Below, piece after piece: positions 1 through 7,334 of a DNA stretch of 10,050 bases. The position numbers were made by a program, and so were the translations under genes. This DNA comes from Oligoflexales bacterium (GTDB taxonomy: Bacteria > Bdellovibrionota_B > Oligoflexia > Oligoflexales > CAIYRB01). The stretch spans positions 1 through 10,050 of the forward strand of contig JBGSUI010000055.1 in the NCBI GenBank assembly GCA_041736175.1, given 5' to 3'. The notes under the pieces are model-generated. The model saw only the letters and a program-made list of their open reading frames with translations, did not search any database and was not told the DNA's origin. Numbering within the stretch: position 1 is the first letter of the stretch; every line of letters starts with the position of its first letter.

Positions 1-35
1 CCCCATAGATTTGTGCTCGCGCGCTTAGTTCATTG

Positions 36-131
36 GGCTCTTATCCAAACCGCCCACGGTTAAGGGGGTTTCGATCTTATTTTAAGAATCAACCAAAACT
101 GGTCTTTGCGTGGGCGCTTCGGATAAGACTC
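36..131. repeat. 96-bp element bounded by imperfect 23-bp inverted repeats (MITE or IS-remnant-like)
   Basis: 36-58 GGCTCTTATCCAAACCGCCCACG vs reverse complement of 109-131 GAGTCTTATCCGAAGCGCCCACG: 19/23 identical (18/20 over 39-58 vs 109-128). It overlaps the 3' end of the primase ORF. No target-site duplication seen. Confidence 0.65.
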
Positions 132-1867
132 TCTTCAGTTAAAACATTTGCCAAAACAGCAGAATTAATTGTGGTGCCAACAGGAACGTTATCAAAAATC
201 ATGACTGAAGGAGCCGAAAGAAGGGCACTGAGGATCAACTTCCTAATATCATCGTTATTTCCTGGCAATGATTGCATCATCGGTGCTTGTCCTGTCAAAA
301 TAATGTGGACCACTTTAGCCAAAAGAGTTTTACCCGTCCCAGCCATCGGTGCCTCAATTGAATATAGAGGAGTAGGTCCAGCTATCATCAATCGTGCCGG
401 TCCCTGAATTAACATTCCTATGGCATGAGCTCGATCTGCCAGAGATTCAAAGGGGAAATCCCCGAAAACGTCTGTTAAAATTATGGCCTTTGCCTCTTCT
501 AAGTCATCCTGAGAGGGTTTGCTAGGTATGTCTCTCAATTGATTACTAAAGTTACTATCAATAAATATCTGCGTGGATGGACTATATCCATCGCAGGAAA
601 TGAGGTGTCGATCTATAGAAAAAACTGGCATTTTGGAAAGAATTTTAATTGAAGAAAACACTTCAGGTGGTGTTGCAAACATCACTTTTGCTAGGTCCTT
701 GTCCGGCTTTTTAACCTTTTGCTCATTTAATTTATCTATTGTAACCATGTGGACATTTTCAATAATCTTCCCAAACAAAGCATCGGCAGACATAGGCACG
801 GTACGTTTATTTCCAGGTTCCCCATCGATCGTAACGATTATGTCCTGGAAACAGTACATTTTCTCTTTTCCATTTAAATCAGCTAATTTCCTCGCTACTA
901 TTGTCTTAATCTCAGCTAAGTGCATGTCATCTAAATTTAAAATTAATGGACCATTGCATTGTTCAAACGCCCGCTTAACCTGCTCTATACCTTCGAGACA
1001 GTGTAAATCATTGAAGTCAGTTGGCTTTGCATCTACCGATTTAAACTCGGGAACCATAACTTGGGCACCTACCAACGCTGCCGATAGTTCCGCTGCTTTT
1101 ATGCCTGGATTTTTAGGTGTCCATTGATCATTGTCGGCGGCAATGATAATTTTTGCATTTGAGTGCAATTTTCGAGTGATTGATGCTACATGGCCTAAAT
1201 TATAAGCTGTGAATGCGCAGTGGACTCTAAATCCTGTAGCTTCATAAAGCGTTGCGCCGGTGGCGAATCCCTCACATATGATGATAGTATCTGGATTTTC
1301 GCCTATGCTATGGTAGGTCCCATGCACCTGTTGATCTCGTCTAAACCATTTACCTCCATCATCATAAATAGACTGTATTCCCCTTAAATCTCCACGCTCA
1401 TCAACCATCGGAACCATGATTTTTACACCCCTATTAACCAGAAGATATCTAGCACCAAAAAGTCCTGCAATTTGCTTTTTCCTGAGATATTCTGAAATTG
1501 GGAATGGTCCGGTGCGGCACCTAAGCCACTCACGTTGTGCATTTTTCGCGGCGATATTCTGTAGCTTTAGTTTCTCTAGATCGAAGGCCTTCTGAGCTTC
1601 TGCCTGCTTCGAAGCTATTTCCACTTTTTCTGTTTTGCTCAAACGATCCGAAGAAACTAATTTGAATTTGGCTCCTGTCTTCCAATCCCCTAAGACTAGG
1701 ATACCGAATTCATTGCCGATAGATGTGTAATTTTTAACATAAAAATACCAAGCATCAGGATTCTTGGCGTCCCTATTTCTTTTAAACCGATGAATCTTTC
1801 CATCGGGGACAAGTGATTCCGGAAAAAAATCTAGTTTGTGCGCCTCTTGGAGCAAGTCTTTTTTCAT
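89..1867 (-). CDS. Phage/satellite-type DNA primase (TOPRIM) fused to a P-loop helicase-like domain, probably C-terminally truncated
   Basis: 592-aa ORF with N-terminal DGKIHRF...AWY segment, TOPRIM motifs ICEGFATG, IIIAADND and PTDFNDL, Walker A APMAGTGKT and Walker B-like VMIFDNV. The ORF ends about 30 aa after Walker B, and its last 13 codons and stop lie inside the inverted-repeat element. Confidence 0.85.
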   Translation of the reverse strand: MKKDLLQEAHKLDFFPESLVPDGKIHRFKRNRDAKNPDAWYFYVKNYTSIGNEFGILVLGDWKTGAKFKLVSSDRLSKTEKVEIASKQAEAQKAFDLEKLKLQNIAAKNAQREWLRCRTGPFPISEYLRKKQIAGLFGARYLLVNRGVKIMVPMVDERGDLRGIQSIYDDGGKWFRRDQQVHGTYHSIGENPDTIIICEGFATGATLYEATGFRVHCAFTAYNLGHVASITRKLHSNAKIIIAADNDQWTPKNPGIKAAELSAALVGAQVMVPEFKSVDAKPTDFNDLHCLEGIEQVKRAFEQCNGPLILNLDDMHLAEIKTIVARKLADLNGKEKMYCFQDIIVTIDGEPGNKRTVPMSADALFGKIIENVHMVTIDKLNEQKVKKPDKDLAKVMFATPPEVFSSIKILSKMPVFSIDRHLISCDGYSPSTQIFIDSNFSNQLRDIPSKPSQDDLEEAKAIILTDVFGDFPFESLADRAHAIGMLIQGPARLMIAGPTPLYSIEAPMAGTGKTLLAKVVHIILTGQAPMMQSLPGNNDDIRKLILSALLSAPSVMIFDNVPVGTTINSAVLANVLTEESLIRSAHAKTSFG

Positions 1868-1990
1868 AATTATTTGGTTATCCCTTGGTGAAAAAATTTA
1901 AAAAATTGAATCCTTCTACCCATCTCTTGATGCTTTCTGCCTGTGAAATTTTTAACTAAAAATAGTTTTTATTGTTGTAGCGTCTCGCAA

Positions 1991-2227
1991 TTAAGATTTG
2001 GCCATAAGACCTAACATACTCTTATCAATTTGTTTATGGGCGAGGCATGCCCAATGGTTGCGTTGGTGGATCCAATCTTCAATATCTTCAGCCACCCACC
2101 CCACCGCACGGCTTCCTAGTCGCCTACGTCGCGGAAACAGTCCCTTTGCTTCCAACCGTTCAATTGAACTTCGACTTAGACTTGTCATTTGAAGGACATC
2201 GAATAGCCTTAAAATTTTTGCTGGCAT
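1991..2227 (-). CDS. alpA: AlpA family phage/prophage transcriptional regulator
   Basis: 78 aa, ILRLFDVLQMTSLSRSSIERLEAKGLFPRRRRLGSRAVGWVAEDIEDWI, is the typical AlpA pattern. Strong SD AAGGAGG (2232-2238, minus). Lies upstream of and co-oriented with the primase. Confidence 0.92.
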   Translation of the reverse strand: MPAKILRLFDVLQMTSLSRSSIERLEAKGLFPRRRRLGSRAVGWVAEDIEDWIHQRNHWACLAHKQIDKSMLGLMAKS

Positions 2228-2231
2228 TTTT

Positions 2232-2238
2232 CCTCCTT
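2232..2238 (-). promoter_or_regulatory. Shine-Dalgarno site of alpA
   Basis: Minus strand reads AAGGAGG-AAAA-ATG. Confidence 0.75.
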
Positions 2239-2312
2239 GCCTGGGATGTTGTGGACACTATAGAACGTCCAAAAGTGAACTTCACGAAGTGGTAAGTTAG
2301 GAGGGGGATATC

Positions 2313-3383
2313 TTGTATAGGCCTGTAAATACAGAATGTTACATCGATGCTCTGTTGGCAATTGCTGCTTTTAAGAAAAAAAAAGGGGAAAATAATTTAA
2401 GTGCCTGTGAATCACTCATTAAAGAGTGTTTATGTATGACCTCTGACATAAAAAGAAGAAAAGCCTTGTTGCATGGGAAGGGAGTAGGGTTTAATCCCAA
2501 CACCATGATTCGCCGACTTTTTGCGGTGATTACGGACTTTTCAAGCCCTGAATTTGCAGCCACCGATACCGAACTACGCATATTTAATAGGACCTTAGAT
2601 CCTCACCACAAGGGCATAGTACGTGCTGAACTCAGATACTGCCTTCGAAAGTTTATCTCTGCTTTATTCCGCATGGTAATGGGAACTTGTACACCTGATA
2701 GAGAGCCGTTGCCGCCACTAAGCTTAAAGATGCACACCATCAGAACCTGTGCACTGTTTATAAAAAATGCGATAGAAGTAGCCAATTTCTATGACTTAGA
2801 TTGGTTGACTCCAGGAGCATTGCTTGAAAATTATTCTGGTGGCAAATTCGGTCAAATACCCCTAAATCACACCTTTGCTAGCTGGTTAAATGAAAATTTT
2901 TATATCGAAATGAATCGCGAATTTAGTCTAGCATTGCCTTATTGTACGTGGATGCCTCCTTCCCTTCGGAAATTTCCTGATAAAAAAAATGGAGGTCGTC
3001 CAAGAGCAGGGATTCAGCGAATTGGTCTGTTAGAGTTTTTGGGAGCTGGACTTTCCTCATACTATTGTGAAGGCCATCAGGGACCTTGGTTTGATCTATA
3101 CGATTCGTTGGATGTCATTTTTTTAGCTTTGTCTAAACAGGGGCACAATATTCTTTTGCCTAGAGGACCGAATGTGAATGGTTCATTCCACTCTCACAAC
3201 ATTTTCGCTGCTTTCAATGATATTTCATTAAAGGCTAAAGAGATCTATCCATCAGCATTGCTTAGACCCTGGTATTCGAAGAGTCCTCCAAAATGGCATA
3301 ATAAAGATTGGGGTTCGCGATTTATCGAAGCTGAGTCCAGAAAGCCTAAAAGCCCTTGGGAGCAAGGCTTTTATTACACCTAA
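2313..3383 (+). CDS. Hypothetical protein (356 aa), divergent from alpA
   Basis: Long ORF filling the space between alpA and the HTH gene. TTG start preceded by AGGAGGGGG (about 2299-2307). No family recognised; it contains a KKNGGRPR basic motif. Confidence 0.7.
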   Translation: MYRPVNTECYIDALLAIAAFKKKKGENNLSACESLIKECLCMTSDIKRRKALLHGKGVGFNPNTMIRRLFAVITDFSSPEFAATDTELRIFNRTLDPHHKGIVRAELRYCLRKFISALFRMVMGTCTPDREPLPPLSLKMHTIRTCALFIKNAIEVANFYDLDWLTPGALLENYSGGKFGQIPLNHTFASWLNENFYIEMNREFSLALPYCTWMPPSLRKFPDKKNGGRPRAGIQRIGLLEFLGAGLSSYYCEGHQGPWFDLYDSLDVIFLALSKQGHNILLPRGPNVNGSFHSHNIFAAFNDISLKAKEIYPSALLRPWYSKSPPKWHNKDWGSRFIEAESRKPKSPWEQGFYYT

Positions 3384-3397
3384 CAGCGCTTTGCAAA

Positions 3398-3847
3398 CTA
3401 AGCTGACCAGCTATCTTTTTTGGCAATTGTCGCTTCGTCTAAACACACATCAGCCAGGGAGCGTGTTGTCGTATGGGTGAATTGTGGTAGAACTGCAGTA
3501 CGCTCTGTTATACCTACAAGTTTTAGCGACAATTCTATGAGCTTGTCAGTCGGAAGATCCTCAAACTCTCGTTGCAACACTTCTTGGTTGAGTTTTTCAA
3601 GAAGGGTACCGAGAAGGCGAATACGGTTTTCATGTCCAATCCGGCTGGCTTCTATTAGCGCATCAGTTTCTACAACACGAAGATTAGCAATATCTTCGGC
3701 TAAATCACGGGACCATTCCACCAAAGTGCTTTTGGATACACTTAACTCAGTTGCTATTTTTGAGAAGCTCCATCCAGCCGCCCTGAGCTCCACAAATCGT
3801 AATCGTTTATCTTGGGTTTTCAATATGCCGCCCCCTATTGGAACCAT
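3398..3847 (-). CDS. Helix-turn-helix DNA-binding protein of mobile-element type (true start may be TTG at 3823)
   Basis: RLRFVELRAAGWSFSKIATELSVSKSTLVEWSR is an N-terminal HTH followed by a helical region. The alternative start TTG-AAA-ACC (MKTQDK) at 3823 is preceded by AGGGGG. Confidence 0.8.
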   Translation of the reverse strand: MVPIGGGILKTQDKRLRFVELRAAGWSFSKIATELSVSKSTLVEWSRDLAEDIANLRVVETDALIEASRIGHENRIRLLGTLLEKLNQEVLQREFEDLPTDKLIELSLKLVGITERTAVLPQFTHTTTRSLADVCLDEATIAKKDSWSA

Positions 3848-3963
3848 GCACTTTCAATAATATCCCAATAATCAACTCCAGCACTAGAGCATTCGCATGC
3901 CCTATCACTGGTGAAAATTATTATGTAGTTGATTGTGGAGATTATTTTAATCCAAAACCAGGC

Positions 3964-4008
3964 AAAAATCGGACTTAAAATCCAGAGAGTCATAGACTCA
4001 AAAGTCCG
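3964..4008 (-). terminator. Possible intrinsic terminator after the histidine kinase
   Basis: Outer stem CGGACTT (3970-3976) / AAGTCCG (4002-4008) with an inner hairpin GAGTC-ATA-GACTC (3987-3999). It begins 3 nt after the kinase stop and is followed on the minus strand by ATTTTT. The loop is large and the U-tract short. Confidence 0.4.
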
Positions 4009-4011
4009 GTA

Positions 4012-6315
4012 TCAGGGTGTCGTCATGAAAGCTGCTACATTGGCAATTTTGTCTTTGGGGACTATGCCATCAAAAATATTTTTATCCCGATCTGAAAGTA
4101 CAGCATCTGTAGCTACAGCGATCTTTTTGAAGCCTTTAGCCCTAAGGTCGATAGCCAGTGAAGCACCTGTAAATTCTGGTTCATTATCGAAATAATAGTC
4201 AGTGATTGCTAAATCGATGGTATTGGGATCGACTTTCTTGGACTCAATATCTGCCAAAAGTTTTGATGGCGTGGTGTAAAGATCAACTCGATTTCCCTTA
4301 AGACTTTTGCGCCAGGATTCCAATACGAAAATATCATCATCAATAGCAATTATATGGGGCGTCCTAGGTACCGGTATCGCTATCTTACTAGCGTCGACTT
4401 CGCGGATTTGCTGTTTACACACCATCTGGTCTCCTTGCCTTGCGATGAGCATCAGCAGATGGGCAGGGCTCATTGGCTTAGGCAAAAATGCGATTGCACC
4501 AGCGTCCATTGCTCTCTTGTAGTCTTCTTGAAGGCTGCGATTGCTGTGCATACAAATGCCGCTATTTGGAGCAATCTGCTTAAGATTTGCGATAAGGTCG
4601 AATCCCGACAGATTGCCTGGCCCTAAGTCAGCGTCAGAAATAACCAAATCTGGAACCTTAGATTGACAAATCTCAAGAGCTTGCTGTGGTGTTGAAGCGA
4701 CAACAATATCTAAAAGCTCCGTCGCTGGCAGATTGTCGAGGATGCCCCTCAAAGCATCCGTATAGACGGGCTCATCATCAATTAAGAGAATAGTAAACTT
4801 GCGACTCAAGGAACGAAGGACTTTAGTTGCGTCATGAATGCTTGCTTGCAATGTCGGGTCTTCGTTCTTAACGGTTTTATTTTCCACTATTAGAGACTTT
4901 TCGAAAGCATCTCTAATTTCTTTAGCTGAGGTGGGCCATCCTAGTGCGGATTCGTTGTCAATTTCGTTAGAAAGGGGCAAAGTTAAAATGAACTCCGTCC
5001 CGCGTTCAGCATGAGATTCGCATCGTATCGAGCCACCATGGGCTAAGATGATTTTTTGGCAAATCGCGAGTCCAAGTCCTGTCCCACCCTTCTTACCTTT
5101 GGTGAAGAAAGCCTCAAAAAGCTGCGCTATATCTTCTGGTTTGATATAGGACCCAGTATTGCCTATGGCTAATTGAATCAACCCGAGGCCTTTTCCGCTC
5201 GAAATCTCTGTAGATCTAATCCAAATCGTCCCCTTATTTTTCATCGCCTGCCGAGCGTTATCCAGTATATTGCTGAAAACTCTTTGTAGTTTTTGTGAAT
5301 CAACTTCAATTTTATGTGTATGGCGGATGGAAACATCAAAATCGATTAATGCCTCTGCTTGGTAGCGGAATACCATAGCAAGAGACTGATCAAGGACACT
5401 ATGCAAAGATACTGGCTCCCGCACGAGGTTTGTCTTGTCCCCACTCACCTCTAATAGGTCTGCAATAAGTCCATTGACCTGATCAAATGCTTTGCCAACA
5501 TGATCACGAACTTTAAAAGCCATTTCCCGCAGGGCTTTCGGATCATCGGCAAGGGTGGTTAAGCGGTCTAGACCCATTTTTAACATTGTAAATGGCTTGC
5601 GCACGTCATGAGCCAGCATTCCAGTTGCTTTGGCAACACTTTCGTGCCTCTTTGCTTCTTCTATTTTGGTCCTCATTTTCTCAGCATCTTCTGACGATTT
5701 CTGTAGCGCCGTGATGAGGGGCCCCCAAAAAAGATTCAACAGACCCTTTTTAACGACAACTTGATCACCTCGAATGAAGGAGGCGAGAACCAAGGATAGA
5801 TGCTTTGAGTTTGTTATCAACGTAACTAAAGCCATAACGATTAAGGTTACCATCATCAGCATAAATATAGTGCTAGTCCTGGCAAATGGTATCATGACTT
5901 TGGCGACCATTTTTTCGATGCGTTCCCCCGACCTTGCAAATCTAACAATACCCCAGATCGGACTATTCGGTGCCTCTCCGAACTTTACTGGGATTTCCGA
6001 ATAAATGGGATTTACAAGATTATCTAGGCCTACTGACACCTCAATTCGACCGTTTTTTTCGATCTCATATCCATCAAACGTTCCCGACTGTGCCAAAGAC
6101 CAAAGGCGCATTTTTGCCAGACGGATGTTGCCAGCAATAAGTTCTTCGCGTACCGCCGTTACAGCTAAATTCAAAGCAGCTAGCTGCTGCTCCGCAATTT
6201 CTTGACCGACTTCTGCAGCACTTTGCTTTTGAGTCCAAAGAGACAATGCTATACCAGCTCCGCCAGCCAAAAAGGCGAAAATACCTAGTAAAACAAATAG
6301 AAGTCTCGTGTTCAT
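4012..6315 (-). CDS. Membrane-bound hybrid sensor histidine kinase with two receiver domains
   Basis: Two hydrophobic segments (about aa 5-27 and 143-167) flank a short periplasmic region. H-box MLAHDVRKPF; N-box VFSNILDNARQA; G1-like NTGSYI; F-box FEAFFT; G2 GGTGLGLAI. REC1: LLIDDE...VISD...LPKP. REC2: IAIDDD...AITD...VPKD. Confidence 0.95.
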   Translation of the reverse strand: MNTRLLFVLLGIFAFLAGGAGIALSLWTQKQSAAEVGQEIAEQQLAALNLAVTAVREELIAGNIRLAKMRLWSLAQSGTFDGYEIEKNGRIEVSVGLDNLVNPIYSEIPVKFGEAPNSPIWGIVRFARSGERIEKMVAKVMIPFARTSTIFMLMMVTLIVMALVTLITNSKHLSLVLASFIRGDQVVVKKGLLNLFWGPLITALQKSSEDAEKMRTKIEEAKRHESVAKATGMLAHDVRKPFTMLKMGLDRLTTLADDPKALREMAFKVRDHVGKAFDQVNGLIADLLEVSGDKTNLVREPVSLHSVLDQSLAMVFRYQAEALIDFDVSIRHTHKIEVDSQKLQRVFSNILDNARQAMKNKGTIWIRSTEISSGKGLGLIQLAIGNTGSYIKPEDIAQLFEAFFTKGKKGGTGLGLAICQKIILAHGGSIRCESHAERGTEFILTLPLSNEIDNESALGWPTSAKEIRDAFEKSLIVENKTVKNEDPTLQASIHDATKVLRSLSRKFTILLIDDEPVYTDALRGILDNLPATELLDIVVASTPQQALEICQSKVPDLVISDADLGPGNLSGFDLIANLKQIAPNSGICMHSNRSLQEDYKRAMDAGAIAFLPKPMSPAHLLMLIARQGDQMVCKQQIREVDASKIAIPVPRTPHIIAIDDDIFVLESWRKSLKGNRVDLYTTPSKLLADIESKKVDPNTIDLAITDYYFDNEPEFTGASLAIDLRAKGFKKIAVATDAVLSDRDKNIFDGIVPKDKIANVAAFMTTP

Positions 6316-6335
6316 AGTTTAGCCTTTTAAGCCCG

Positions 6336-7322
6336 TTAGGGGATCGGATGTACTGGTGCTAAAATCTCTTTCACATCGCCAAAACCTAGGCACCCTAACC
6401 GCGACCTGTTGATGCGCTCTGAATTGGCCGCGCCCACAAAGTAAGCCTGAGCCTGGGGACAGTGAGCCCGGACCACTGAGATCGGAAATGCTGTCTCAAG
6501 AGGAATGGAAAAGTCTTCATAGGAAATATCGAGGTCTGGGAGTTGGGGAATTTCGCTTGTAGAATCGTTCAAGTACCATTTAAGCTGGTCAAAATTTTCC
6601 AAATCTAGATAAAAATCAAGGTGATCCATAGTTTTATCAACGACAATCTTGTTATTGACCCTACTGGATCTAAATTTTCCAAGCTCTTCGGCCCTAACTC
6701 CGATACCTGTCAAGATGCGCATCTGATCCATGACGAGCCTTCGTATAGCTTCAGCAATATTACTGCCAATGCCCGGTACAACGGATGCTCCGAAAGGTAT
6801 GGTTAGAGTATTACTTGCACCCAACATGAGGCCAGCCATAATGATTCGCCCCTGCGTGAGTCCACACACTCCAAATCGAGGGGTAATCCCAACCCTTTCC
6901 ATTGCAGTAATCGCCTCAAGTACCCATGGATCGATTGACCTTAACGTCGTATCTATGACGCTGGGAGATAGCCAAACCGGTGGTCTATTGCAAAACCAGC
7001 TCGTTAAAAAAACATCCCGCTCAATCAGTTCCTCAGCAGCTTTAACCCTCGCTTCTGCCGTGGTTACATGAGCTGCAAATCCATTTGTAGTAGGCGCGCC
7101 CGATTGATGAAAGACTATGCGTTCGATAGACTCATAATACGCTCGAATCAGTGCCATAGTAGGGTCCGTACCATCTCCAAATCCCCAAGCGTCAAAGGAT
7201 TTTAGGTGTACGTAAATATGGTGGACTTCGTCGGAAATTGAGTTGTGGCTATAGCCAATAAAGACATCTTGCCCATGGCATTTTCGAATTTCTTGAGCAA
7301 TTTCCTCGAAGGATTTCTGCAT
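6336..7322 (-). CDS. Compact stand-alone YcaO-family protein
   Basis: YcaO ATP/Mg-binding motifs GDG...ALIRAYYESIER and TNGFAAH...AAEELIERD, plus a Pro-rich C-terminus APVHPIP (PxP). SD-like TAGGAG overlaps the upstream stop codon. Confidence 0.88.
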   Translation of the reverse strand: MQKSFEEIAQEIRKCHGQDVFIGYSHNSISDEVHHIYVHLKSFDAWGFGDGTDPTMALIRAYYESIERIVFHQSGAPTTNGFAAHVTTAEARVKAAEELIERDVFLTSWFCNRPPVWLSPSVIDTTLRSIDPWVLEAITAMERVGITPRFGVCGLTQGRIIMAGLMLGASNTLTIPFGASVVPGIGSNIAEAIRRLVMDQMRILTGIGVRAEELGKFRSSRVNNKIVVDKTMDHLDFYLDLENFDQLKWYLNDSTSEIPQLPDLDISYEDFSIPLETAFPISVVRAHCPQAQAYFVGAANSERINRSRLGCLGFGDVKEILAPVHPIP

Positions 7323-7334
7323 AAGCCTAAACTC

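Larger units (their letters stand above)
89..3847. mobile_element. Phage-satellite (PICI/P4-like) or integrative element backbone, boundaries undetermined
   Basis: alpA directly upstream of a primase-helicase plus a mobile-element-type HTH gene. No integrase, att site or structural gene identified in the window. Confidence 0.6.

Noticed and set aside
33..1127. Plus-strand ORFs 33-407 and 573-1127
   Set aside because: They are antisense shadows of the motif-supported primase gene and have no recognisable features.
2376..2388. A9G4 homopolymer as a phase-variation or frameshift site
   Set aside because: The ORF is in frame (KKKKG), A-runs are common in this AT-rich region, and no useful alternative-frame product was seen.
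2313..3383. ORF356 as the missing tyrosine integrase (HTIR resembles HxxR)
   Set aside because: The motif is too N-terminal (about aa 141) and the expected downstream LGH...Y arrangement is not evident.
1998..4195. ORFs 1998-2192, 2047-2295, 2339-2581, 2603-2785, 3420-3860 and 3929-4195
   Set aside because: They overlap better-supported genes on the opposite strand and have no motifs.
6336..7322. Classical TOMM/LAP, thiopeptide or TfuA-thioamitide cluster
   Set aside because: No E1/ThiF, dehydrogenase, lanthipeptide dehydratase, TfuA or exporter gene in the window.
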